Part shown: positions 1 to 11,043 of the stretch, one piece after another
How the letters are laid out: the number at the start of each line of letters is the position of its first letter
Numbering within the stretch: the stretch's first letter is position 1
NCBI GenBank assembly: GCA_965235115.1
Contig: OZ249436.1
Location: forward strand, 620,001 to 684,000
Direction: 5' to 3'
Length of the DNA stretch: 64,000 nt
DNA from: Laetmonice hystrix
Lineage: Eukaryota
The notes under the pieces: model-generated
The model's database searches: none
What the model was told of the DNA's origin: nothing
What the model saw: only the letters and a program-made list of their open reading frames with translations
Position numbers and translations under genes: made by a program

Positions 1-804
1 CCGGTTATAACAAACAGCTGAGGTAAACCAGGCGTTAGGAACGAGAAGATCGACAATGAGGAATATGAATTCTCGACACGATGAAGATCGTCCTTCTGAT
101 ACACAGCGCCCCCTACAGGGCAGTCTCCGGACCGACATATGATTTGACAGTGATTGACATTCTTACCTCCGGCAATTGTCATAGGCCTACACCTATCCAT
201 CACCAGCAATCTATAACAAGTCTACCTACTGAATCGTTCTGAAAATAAATTCAATTACAGATTGTAGAAGATCTTGGCAATGACGAGGACTTATTTCCTA
301 GTAGGCCTATGTTGAGGCCTTTACGGCTGAATACAAAGTCGACCGGAAATGGACCAGTGATGTCCATAGTAAGTGAGCTCCACGGACTATGCAGAAAAAC
401 GGACTTTGATCTGGTATAGTTGAGGTCCTACTCAAAACGTGATAATTGGATGCCAACGACAGAGGCCTACTGGATGGATTGGAGGGACGACGGTCATAGA
501 CTTGACACGTGATTGACTGGCGGCCATTTACAAAATCTTTCAACTGGACACACGACATACACTGACTAACATGTTATGAAAGTCTCTGGTCACGACATCG
601 AGTTTCTACAGATGGTCAGCCTAGAGGCATTAATCTGGTGTACGCTGTGGATACTAATCCTAACTCATACGACACTGGTATAGATCTACCCGGCGCAGAT
701 TTATGAGCCTTTGGCAGAACTAATTTCCTGGATATTGGCAATATGTGCAGCTCATTATTTGATACGGGAACACTTAAGATTTGGAAACTTCCCGGCTTCT
801 TTTT

Positions 805-1096
805 CAGCCTAGCTCTGACGATATTAGCCACCATGGCAATATCTGCTGGTCACTCACACACAATCACACAAGTACATTCAGCCTAGCTATCTGCTGGTCA
901 CCCACACACAATCACACAAGTACATTCAGCCTAGCTCTGACGATATTAGCCACCATGGCAATATCTGCTGGTCACCCACACACAATCACACAAGTACATG
1001 GTCACCCACACACAATCACACAAGTACATTCAGCCTAGCTATCTGCTGGTCACCCACACACAATCACACAAGTACATTCAGCCTAGCTATCTGCTG
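805..1096. repeat. Host minisatellite (CACACAATCACACAAGTACATTCAGCCTAGCT-type units), left part
   Basis: Variable tandem units. The same motif resumes at 3043-3233, so the array is interrupted by the 334-bp concatemer. Confidence 0.85.
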
Positions 1097-3043
1097 TGTA
1101 GCTCTAACTAGGAAAATATGGATTCCGTCTCATTTCAAAAAGATGTGTGTAGGGGGGAGGGTCCATTGTCCTGCTCGACCACCAAAGCTCCTTTTTTAGG
1201 GGAGTGGCGGTGGCCTAGTGGGCATGGATGTCGACACCTTATGCTATGCGAATGGGTGCAGTAATCTTAGGGTCTGGGTTCGATTCCTGTAGAGGACTAT
1301 ACAACTTTTCTCTTTAGGGACATTGTCAAAGTAATTGGGTTACCCCTGATGCCCGTGCATTTCAAAAGAAAAATACAGTCTACGCCAGTGCCAGGATTAC
1401 CTTAACAGTCAATGTTCGGTAGAAATCATGTGTAGCTCTAACTAGGAAAATATGGATTCCGTCTCATTTCAAAAAGATGTGTGTAGGGGGGAGGGTCCAT
1501 TGTCCTGCTCGACCACCAAAGCTCCTTTTTTAGGGGAGTGGCGGTGGCCTAGTGGGCATGGATGTCGACACCTTATGCTATGCGAATGGGTGCAGTAATC
1601 TTAGGGTCTGGGTTCGATTCCTGTAGAGGACTATACAACTTTTCTCTTTAGGGACATTGTCAAAGTAATTGGGTTACCCCTGATGCCCGTGCATTTCAAA
1701 AGAAAAATACAGTCTACGCCAGTGCCAGGATTACCTTAACAGTCAATGTTCGGTAGAAATCATGTGTAGCTCTAACTAGGAAAATATGGATTCCGTCTCA
1801 TTTCAAAAAGATGTGTGTAGGGGGGAGGGTCCATTGTCCTGCTCGACCACCAAAGCTCCTTTTTTAGGGGAGTGGCGGTGGCCTAGTGGGCATGGATGTC
1901 GACACCTTATGCTATGCGAATGGGTGCAGTAATCTTAGGGTCTGGGTTCGATTCCTGTAGAGGACTATACAACTTTTCTCTTTAGGGACATTGTCAAAGT
2001 AATTGGGTTACCCCTGATGCCCGTGCATTTCAAAAGAAAAATACAGTCTACGCCAGTGCCAGGATTACCTTAACAGTCAATGTTCGGTAGAAATCATGTG
2101 TAGCTCTAACTAGGAAAATATGGATTCCGTCTCATTTCAAAAAGATGTGTGTAGGGGGGAGGGTCCATTGTCCTGCTCGACCACCAAAGCTCCTTTTTTA
2201 GGGGAGTGGCGGTGGCCTAGTGGGCATGGATGTCGACACCTTATGCTATGCGAATGGGTGCAGTAATCTTAGGGTCTGGGTTCGATTCCTGTAGAGGACT
2301 ATACAACTTTTCTCTTTAGGGACATTGTCAAAGTAATTGGGTTACCCCTGATGCCCGTGCATTTCAAAAGAAAAATACAGTCTACGCCAGTGCCAGGATT
2401 ACCTTAACAGTCAATGTTCGGTAGAAATCATGTGTAGCTCTAACTAGGAAAATATGGATTCCGTCTCATTTCAAAAAGATGTGTGTAGGGGGGAGGGTCC
2501 ATTGTCCTGCTCGACCACCAAAGCTCCTTTTTTAGGGGAGTGGCGGTGGCCTAGTGGGCATGGATGTCGACACCTTATGCTATGCGAATGGGTGCAGTAA
2601 TCTTAGGGTCTGGGTTCGATTCCTGTAGAGGACTATACAACTTTTCTCTTTAGGGACATTGTCAAAGTAATTGGGTTACCCCTGATGCCCGTGCATTTCA
2701 AAAGAAAAATACAGTCTACGCCAGTGCCAGGATTACCTTAACAGTCAATGTTCGGTAGAAATCATGTGTAGCTCTAACTAGGAAAATATGGATTCCGTCT
2801 CATTTCAAAAAGATGTGTGTAGGGGGGAGGGTCCATTGTCCTGCTCGACCACCAAAGCTCCTTTTTTAGGGGAGTGGCGGTGGCCTAGTGGGCATGGATG
2901 TCGACACCTTATGCTATGCGAATGGGTGCAGTAATCTTAGGGTCTGGGTTCGATTCCTGTAGAGGACTATACAACTTTTCTCTTTAGGGACATTGTCAAA
3001 GTAATTGGGTTACCCCTGATGCCCGTGCATTTCAAAAGAAAAA
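1095..3043 (+). mobile_element. Head-to-tail concatemer (about 5.8 copies) of a 334-bp tRNA-promoter-bearing, rod-folding element (SINE/retrozyme/viroid-like)
   Basis: Units start at 1095, 1429, 1763, 2097, 2431 and 2765 (period 334), with no differences seen by eye. Each has an A box TGGCCTAGTGG (1211-1221), a B box GGTTCGATTCC (1277-1287) and T6 (1192-1197) just before the tRNA-like head. The acceptor stem does not pair, so it is not a functional tRNA. Confidence 0.8.
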
Positions 3044-3233
3044 CACAATCACACAAGTACATTCAGCCTAGCTCTGACGATATTAACCACCGTCACCCAC
3101 ACACAATCACACAAGTACATTCAGCCTAGCTCTGACGATATTAACCACCGTCACCCACACACAATCACACAAGTACATTCAGCCTAGCTCTGACGATATT
3201 AACCACCGTCACCCACACACAATCACACAAGTA
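3043..3233. repeat. Host minisatellite, right part
   Basis: Tandem CACACAATCACACAAGTACATTCAGCCTAGCTCTGACGATATTAACCACCGTCACCCA units, related to 805-1096. Confidence 0.85.
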
Positions 3234-4193
3234 TATTGACATCCTATATACAGAACGCCGCTCCTGTTCTCGGAACGTTTCGGGTGACATTTATAATATC
3301 GGCATCACATCACCCAACCCCCATTGTTTAACGTTTCAGTCAGAATCGTTTCACCAAAGCCTCCTGCGCTACCCTCACTATGCCGTTATACAATGTCTAA
3401 GGAATGTGTACTTTTGAGTATAATACGTTTGTCGAAACATGCAGTCAGCTCAATTTGGATACATTGTATAACCATGGCCTTTCGCCAGCATGTCACAACT
3501 GGAATACTTATTGTATTTAAATACGTGATATCTCTAATCAACATAATCAAAATACGTCTACAAAAAATCCAGGTCACGTGCCCAGAGCTTTTATCTACAT
3601 GTTTATAATAATACTATAGAGGCACACAATAAACCAACCTGTAAACGGTATCCCTCTTTGTACATGCACACCTGATCTTATTCTTTGGAAACCTTCACAA
3701 TGATTTCGATAATTCGCCTTCTGATGCAACATTCCCTGCTCTATCTTAAACATAACCATCAATTCCAAGGTAAAAATCACAGTTCTTTCAGAAGTCTTGA
3801 ATGAGATGTTATGTAATGAGTCGGACAAACAGAACTTCTAACATGTCGAACACTTGCGCAGTCAATCCAACTACATAGAAGCAGTTCCGGGTCATTGTTT
3901 GTCCCATACACCCATTGGGTCGACACGCATGCGTACTTAAACCTCTAATTGTAGCATAGATTCAAATCCTCGGACGAATCTTCGCATAGAAAGATGGACG
4001 TCTTTGATAAATGTGGATCGGAATCAGATAGGATGTGACGTCACACGGAACGGTTGCACACTGATCGAGACGGTCACAGAACGGTTGCACACTGATCGAG
4101 ACGGTCACAGAACCATGAGCACATCGCGCCCTCTCTCTTGATCCGTCGTCTCGGCATTCAGTTTACAAACACACACACGTAACCTTGCGTCCT

Positions 4194-4622
4194 TTAGTAG
4201 CCCTTCCTTTTGATCATGGCGAAGTGGGTCATCTCCATACGGCCTTGCCGCCGGTCCCCTCGCTCCAGGGTGCCTGTAATGCTGTACCCCATTTGAAAGT
4301 CTGTGTTTGATACATTTGTCGTCAAACTGAGTTTAAAATCTGGGTCAGGCCCGCCATGTTTGAACCTTCCCGTAATGCACATCGTGCCGTTTCCGTTGTC
4401 TGTCATTTTGCCCTTGGTTGAAACCTTCTTGGTGCCCATGACCTCGATGACCTTGCACTTCTTGCGACTCCACCAAGGTGTCTTGAGAATCCAGTACGAG
4501 AGCAGTGCGGGGCGTGCCCAGCCCTCGTACGGGAATAGAAGCACCTTGCTCGGGTACCCGTCATATTGCAAGATCTTCCTGCAGCATTTGCCGCGGTTTT
4601 CATAGTAAAACAACTGCACCAT
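4194..4622 (-). CDS. Uncharacterised 142-aa protein (MVQLFYYENRGKCCRKILQY...THFAMIKRKGY), probably beta-rich
   Basis: Non-repetitive ORF with protein-like composition and a strong Kozak context (AAAGATGG). The same frame stays open upstream to a TTTCAG acceptor at 4812-4813, giving a possible terminal exon 4811-4194 (phase 0). No family recognised. Confidence 0.65.
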   Translation of the reverse strand: MVQLFYYENRGKCCRKILQYDGYPSKVLLFPYEGWARPALLSYWILKTPWWSRKKCKVIEVMGTKKVSTKGKMTDNGNGTMCITGRFKHGGPDPDFKLSLTTNVSNTDFQMGYSITGTLERGDRRQGRMEMTHFAMIKRKGY

Positions 4623-4918
4623 CTTTACTTCTTCTTGGCTGTCTTCTAATTTGGCTGCAAATGTTGCCTTTTCTTTGCCTAAACGTTTCAGTCGACTTTT
4701 CTCGCTGTGACAGGTGGTTCCTAGCGACAGCTGAGCTGGTGTCAGGATGTACGGAGACGGGTCGTCCAGTACTGATCGGCCGAGGATTAGAACATTACTG
4801 ACTAAAGATGTCTGAAACTCCTTTAGTGTTCACGAATTCAGCCAAGCTCATTCCGAGTTTATCTATGTACTCGCTTCTATGCATTGGCGTGAGGTCTGCA
4901 CTTACAGGTATGAACGTT

Positions 4919-5051
4919 GGCACGTCAAGGGCACGTCCTCTCGTCAAGGGCACGTCAAGGGCACGTCCTCTCGTCAAGGGCACGTCAAGGGCACGTCCTC
5001 TCGTCAAGGGCACGTCCTCTCGTCAAGGGCACGTCAAGGGCACGTCCTCTC
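4919..5051. repeat. Short GGCACGTC(AAG/CTCTCGTCAAG) minisatellite
   Basis: Direct tandem repeats visible. Confidence 0.85.
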
Positions 5052-5159
5052 GGTGGTATACAAGAACCGCCCCAGTCGGGCAGTCACTTAGAGCTGACAC
5101 GTGATAGGGACACCTCAGGAGAGACTCGTCCCGTGTCTTGAGGGCGGTGTGGACGGTAC

Positions 5160-5279
5160 CTGCAGGTACTGGAGGAGAATCAGGAGGAGAAGCAGGAACA
5201 GAAGGTTTTGGTCCGTGCCAGTGTCAGGACCTACCGGAGGGGGGCGCTGCTGCTGCTGCTGCTGCTGCTGCCTGAGTGA
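5160..5279 (-). CDS. Candidate upstream exon of the 4194-4811 gene (SLRQ8RPPPVGPDTGTDQNLLFLLLLLILLQYLQ); could instead be 5' UTR
   Basis: Strong acceptor TTCTTTTTGTTGTGTTTACAG and donor CAG|GTACCG. 120 nt, phase 0/0, compatible with the acceptor at 4812. The other two frames contain stops. Confidence 0.4.
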
Positions 5280-5427
5280 CTGTAAACACAACAAAAAGAA
5301 CGCTCGTTAGAAAGGTTTTTGGACTATCCAACATCTTAATTATAAGCTCACCTACAATATGTTTGTGCGCACCATAAAGATGGGCAATAATACATAAGAA
5401 CGCGGGAATATGTGCACCCGATTATAA

Positions 5428-5822
5428 GGGTATCCAGACATTTGGCCAACACCCACTTGGCCAATGGACACTTGGCCAATGGACACTTGGCCAATGGACA
5501 TTTTGGCCAACAAGTCCAGGGGTAGACCTTTGGCCAACTGATAATTTGTGATGGTAAATTACCGGTATTATCCTATTTCCCCTGTGGGGAATGGGATCTT
5601 GTAGTTGTCGAGTTTTTGTCTGCAGTATTCTTCTTCTCATTATTATTCCTGTAGTAAGATTGTGTTATATTTAGCTCATTTTTTGGATTGGATTGCTCCG
5701 GATACTTTGATATTTGTGGCCAAACTCTGTCCAAATCTCCATTGGCCAAGTGTCTATTGGCCAATTGTCCATTGGTCAAGTGTCCGTTGGCCAAATGAAC
5801 ATTGGCCAAATGTCCCGGATTC
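5428..5822. mobile_element. MITE-like element with imperfect TIRs and internal TTGGCCAA subrepeats
   Basis: The left end GGTATCCAGACATTTGGCCAA mirrors the right end TTGGCCAAATGTCCCGGATTC, and TTGGCCAA is repeated near both ends. Confidence 0.5.
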
Positions 5823-5865
5823 GAGTCGGTGTACAATCGTGGCCTTATTCTTTTATAATATAATG

Positions 5866-6860
5866 CGGTAATGTACCACCTACTAACGCGGTAATGTACC
5901 ACCTACTGACGCGGTAATGTACCACCTACTAACGCGGTAATGTACCGCCTACACTTGGTAATGTACCACCTACTGACGCGGTAATGTACCGCCTACTGAC
6001 GCCGTAATGTACCACCTACTGACGCGGTAATGTACCGCCTACTGACGGGGTAATGTACCACCTACTGACGCGGTAATGTACCACCTACTGACGCCGTAAT
6101 GTACCACCTACTGACGCGGTAATGTACCACCTACTGACGCGGAAATGTACCGCCTACTGACGGGGTAATGTACCACCTACTGACGCCGTAATGTACCACC
6201 TACTGACGCCGTAATGTACCACCTACTGACGCCGTAATGTACCACCTACTGACGGGGTAATGTACCGCCTACTGACGGGGTAATGTACCACCTACTGACG
6301 CGGTAATGTACCACCTACTGACGGGGTAATGTACCACCTACTGACGCCGTAATGTACCACCTACTGACGCCGTAATGTACCACCTACTGACGCCGTAATG
6401 TACCACCTACTGACGCCGTAATGTACCACCTACTGACGCCGTAATGTACCACCTACTGACGCCGTAATGTACCGCGTACTGACGGGGTAATGTACCACCT
6501 ACTGATGCCGTAATGTACCACCTACTGACGCCGTAATGTACCGCCTACTGACGGGGTAATGTACCGCCTACTGACGGGGTAATGTACCGCCTACTGACGC
6601 CGTAATGTACCGCGTACTGACGGGGTAATGTACCACCTACTGACGCCGTAATGTACCACCTACTGACGCCGTAATGTACCACCTACTGACGCCGTAATGT
6701 ACCGCCTACTGACGGGGTAATGTACCGCCTACTAACGCGGTAATGTACCACCTACTGACGCCGTAATGTACCACCTACTGACGCCGTAATGTACCGCCTA
6801 CTGACGCGGTAATGTACCGCCTACTGACGCGGTAATGTACCACCTACTGACGCCGTAATG
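5866..6860. repeat. 23-bp minisatellite (GTAATGTACCACCTACTGACGCC), about 43 copies
   Basis: Tandem periodicity visible. Confidence 0.95.
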
Positions 6861-7489
6861 TTTGAGCTGCTGCCGCCGTGCCTTACTGGCAGCATCCTGG
6901 ACTTAGGATATTGATCAACGAACACAAGCCAACCACCAAACCTGGCCCCCACTTCAACCTAAACGTACACGCCAATTTATTATTTACTTAAAGCAAGTAT
7001 TATATGAAATATGATGCTCAATGCTGATGAAGCGCCATACTCTGGCAGCACGCAGTATTTGTTGACTTATTTAGCTGTTCATCCAGACCGCCCCAGCCCA
7101 TGGTTAATTGGTGAATTGTGTAAACGCGTTAAGTATTTACATGACGAGAGTGGTGGGGGGAGCACGCCATCCGTCTCACAACCAATAGCGGTATCAACTC
7201 CTTCCGGTCCGGTCGGGTTTCTATGGAAGCCATAGTCATGGAAACACCCACAGGTGTTTCCTGCCACCCACGCCTGCCGTCGTAAATGCCCGTTTTATTA
7301 TTAGCCACTGGTTGAAGAGAGGGAGGGCGAGATGCAAACTTTTGTGCTGTTTCCTGTCCCCATGTAGACATAGCGCAAGTGTCTGGAGGGGTTCAATCTG
7401 AGTGCTGCAATCAGCCTTTCTGACCACAATGGCGGTGGCGGTGACCGGGGGGACGGTGGTCCGGGGGGCGGCCGGGGGAGGGCCGGTTG

Positions 7490-7839
7490 GGGGGAGGGCT
7501 GGCCGGGAGAGGGCCGGCCGGGGGAGGGCCGGCCGGTTGAGGGCCGGCCGGGGGAGGGCTGGCCGGGGGAGGGCCGGCCGGGGGAGGGCCGGCCGGGGGA
7601 GGGCCGGCCGGGGGAGGGCCGGCCGGTTGAGGGCCGGCCGGTTGAGGGCCGGCCGGTTGAGGGCCGGCCGGGGGAGGGCTGGCCGGTTGAGGGCCGGCCG
7701 GGGGAGGGCCGGCCGGGGGAGGGCCGGCCGGGGGAGGGCCGGCCGGGGGAGGGCCGGCCGGGGGAGGGCCGGCCGGGGGAGGGCCGGCCGGGGGAGGGCT
7801 GGCCGGGGGAGGGCCGGCCGGGGGAGGGCCGGTCGGGGG
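7490..7839. repeat. 15-bp GC-rich minisatellite (GGGGAGGGCCGGCCG), about 23 copies
   Basis: Tandem periodicity. Source of the spurious PRPAL/GRGRA ORFs. Confidence 0.95.
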
Positions 7840-8121
7840 ACAGCCAATGTGAAAGGAATCCAAGTTCCACTGAAATACAGGTCTGACGGACCTGTATTTC
7901 TAGGACTTGAAGTCCTAGAAATACCTATCCCTAATCCTAACCTTAACCCTAATCCATTTGTATTTTCTCAATCATATTGTCTTATACCACGAACTTGATG
8001 ACCTAGGACCTGCATAACCAAGAAATGCGGGTCCGGTGGACTACATTCCCTCAAACCAGCCGTGGGGAAGCGTTGGCAGAGGGGAGGGCCCGCAGTGGGA
8101 ACGACAGGCCAGGGACTGTCG

Positions 8122-8343
8122 GTCCGTTATTACATGACCAGGCCGGGAGTATGCCGCCCATCAAGTCCGTTATTACATGACCAGGCCGGGAGTATGCCGC
8201 CCATCAAGTCCGTTATTACATGACCAGGCCGGGAGTATGCCGCCCATCAAGTCCGTTATTACATGACCAGGCCGGGAGTATGCCGCCCATCAAGTCCGTT
8301 ATTACATGACCAGGCCGGGAGTATGCCGCCCATCAAGTCCATT
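8122..8343. repeat. 43-bp minisatellite, about 5 copies
   Basis: GTCCGTTATTACATGACCAGGCCGGGAGTATGCCGCCCATCAA repeated. Confidence 0.95.
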
Positions 8344-8719
8344 ATTGGCTCGCACTACCTTCTCATTAACGTCTCCTCACATTATATCCAATATTCATCC
8401 GCGTTTCGAGCACCTCGGTCAGCCAGGAGAGCGGGACCGCCGCCGACACGATGTGCCACCCTCCCTCTCCCTCTTCATTCAGTATGGCAGAAAACCTATC
8501 TAACCTCGATGGCTTCGTCACCATGCAGGACGGGTCACAGCACAATCACATCCATATTCAGCGAAACTGTGCACAACCAAACTTTGCTTAAATATTAGAA
8601 ACGTTCCAAATAACAAATAATACACCTGACATTCATTTATGTTAGAGGCCTTCGCTATAATAGTCCACCACCCCTATAACAAATTGGATATGGCATTCTG
8701 CAGTAAAACGGCGGCTATT

Positions 8720-9770
8720 CCAGGAACATGACGTGTTTGTGACTGGCGTTGTATCAAGGCCTATAGGGATAAACCAGGCACTTGTTATAGAGACCAGGAA
8801 CATCACGTGTCTGTGACTGGCGTTGTATCAAGGCCTATAGGGATAAACCAGGCACTTGTTATAGAGACCAGGAACATCACGTGTCTGTGACTGGCGTTGT
8901 ATCAAGGCCTATAGGGATAAACCAGGCGCATAGAGACCAGGAACATGACGTGTCTGTGACTGGCGTTGTATCAAGGCCTATAGGGATAAACCAGGCACTT
9001 GTTATAGAGGGACATGACGTGTCTGTGACTGGCGTTGTATCAAGGCCTATAGGGATAAACCAGGCACTTGTTATAGAGGGACATGAGGTGTCTGTGACTG
9101 GCGTTGTATCAAGGCCTATAGGGATAAACCAGGCGCATAGAGACCAGGAACATGACGTGTCTGTGACTGGCGTTGTATCAAGGCCTATAGGGATAAACCA
9201 GGCGCATAGAGACCAGGAACATGAGGTGTCTGTGACTGGCGTTGTATCAAGGCCTATAGGGATAAACCAGGCGCATAGAGACCAGGAACATGAGGTGTCT
9301 GTGACTGGCGGTGTATCAAGGCTATAGGGATAAACCAGGCACTTGTTATAGACGAACATGACGTGTCTGTGACTGGCGTTGTATCAAGGCCTATAGGGAT
9401 AAACCAGGCGCATAGAGACCAGGAACATGACGTGTCTGTGACTGGCGTTGTATCAAGGCCTATAGGGATAAACCAGGCACTTGTTATAGAGACCAGGAAC
9501 ATGACGTGTCTGTGACTGGCGTTGTATCAAGGCCTATAGGGATAAACCAGGCACTTGTTATAGAGACCAGGAACATCACGTGTCTGTGACTGGCGTTATA
9601 TCAAGGCCTATAGGGATAAACCAGGCGCATAGAGACCAGGAACATCACGTGTCTGTGACTGGCGTTATATCAAGGCCTATAGGGATAAACCAGGCGCATA
9701 GAGACCAGGAACATCACGTGTCTGTGATTGGCGTTGTATCAAGGCCTATAGGGATAAACCAGGCACTTGT
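8720..9770. repeat. 69-74-bp minisatellite, about 15 copies
   Basis: GTGTCTGTGACTGGCGTTGTATCAAGGCCTATAGGGATAAACCAGGC core repeated. Confidence 0.95.
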
Positions 9771-10787
9771 TCCGACACGGTGTCAGCAATGAATATTGGA
9801 TGAGGCTGTCACCGCCATGAATCAGAAAGCCGTCATTTCATTACGAGAGTGCTGACATCAGGCCGCCATGTAGAACCGAATCAGTGATCACATTTAGGTT
9901 CGCCTGACAACCTTTCCACGTGCACAGTTCATCAGTCACTGACAATAGCAAGTATATAGCCTTGATGTTTGGGTCGCACTACGCCAGCGAGATTGGCCAA
10001 CATAACCAACCGTCAGGACCCCGTAACGAGAACGGCAGCCACTTCTCGGGAGACCGGATACGTAGGTCGACAAAGTCGGCATCATGTGATCCCGCCTCGG
10101 TTTCAGAGCCACACTGGGGCTGCATATAAAATTGACCGTTTTCCGAAAGGATTTCTGTCATTAGCGACCACAGTCAGGACGGACATATGGTCGGTTGCAC
10201 CCATTACGGTTGTATTACTGTTATAACTGATAAAGGTGTCGTAGGAATCCGTTTACTACGCCGCCATAATCAATAGACAGACACTGAATTGGGAAGTGAA
10301 CGGTAGACTCCTACCCGTACCCGCGCCATTGTAACTCGAAGATATGAAGGGCCATCTCCACATGGCCTTGTCGCTATGGGAACAACAAACGCGGGTTGCG
10401 CTCATTGGAAAACGAACCGCTGTGCACGAGGAGTATCCCCACATTCATTGTTATCAATTGTTAACAAAAATATTCTGACACAGTTTGCCAATCACTGGCG
10501 AAGAATTTGTTTTGTTGGCGACGGGTCCTAATGAATGTTCTTAGGCACTTTATTAGATTATTACAGATGCAGCGCCCCCTGTCGGCTTCCCATCGATGGG
10601 CTTCGTCCCCCTGCTTAATGAAGCCAAGCTATTCTTGTCATGCTGACAACGGCGACCCTCTTTATTCCGTGGCTTCGTGAGTAACGTCTTCACGGTTACT
10701 ACCTGTCTCGTCCCTAACACGATTTCTCAGTCTGTCCAAATAATGGAACCTCCGAGTGTTTCTTTGGGCTGTAGTCAAAGTGTGCAG

Positions 10788-11043
10788 AATCTCTGAGTGT
10801 TTCTTTGGGCTGTAGTCAAAGTGTGCAGGCTGTAAGTGTGCAGGCTGTAGTCAAAGTGTGCATGCTGTAGTCAAAGTGTGCAGGCTGTAGTCAAAGTGTG
10901 CAGGCTGTAGTCAAAGTGTGCATGCTGTAGTCAAAGTGTGCAGGCTGTAGTCAAAGTGTGCAGGCTGTAGTCAAAGTGTGCAGGCTGTAGTCAAAGTGTG
11001 CAGGCTGTAGTCAAAGTGTGCAGGCTGTAGTCAAAGTGTGCAG
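10788..11043. repeat. 20-bp minisatellite (CAGGCTGTAGTCAAAGTGTG)
   Basis: Tandem periodicity. Confidence 0.9.

Noticed and set aside
1199..1300. Functional tRNA gene array
   Set aside because: A and B boxes are present, but the acceptor stem (GTGGCGG versus AGAGGAC) does not pair, the T stem is weak and no clear anticodon arm is seen.
1160..1430. Hammerhead, HDV-like, hairpin or twister ribozyme in the 334-nt unit
   Set aside because: CUGAUGC lacks the conserved A of CUGANGA and has no matching stems. HDV-like fragments (UUG-UCCUGCU-CGA, GCGAAUGGG) lack a proper P1 and P1.1. ACA-GUC/AGAA does not form the hairpin-ribozyme helices. An Infernal search against Rfam is still warranted.
7236..7998. 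Pro/Arg/Gly-rich ORFs of 150-203 aa
   Set aside because: Translations of a 15-bp tandem repeat, open in several frames on both strands.
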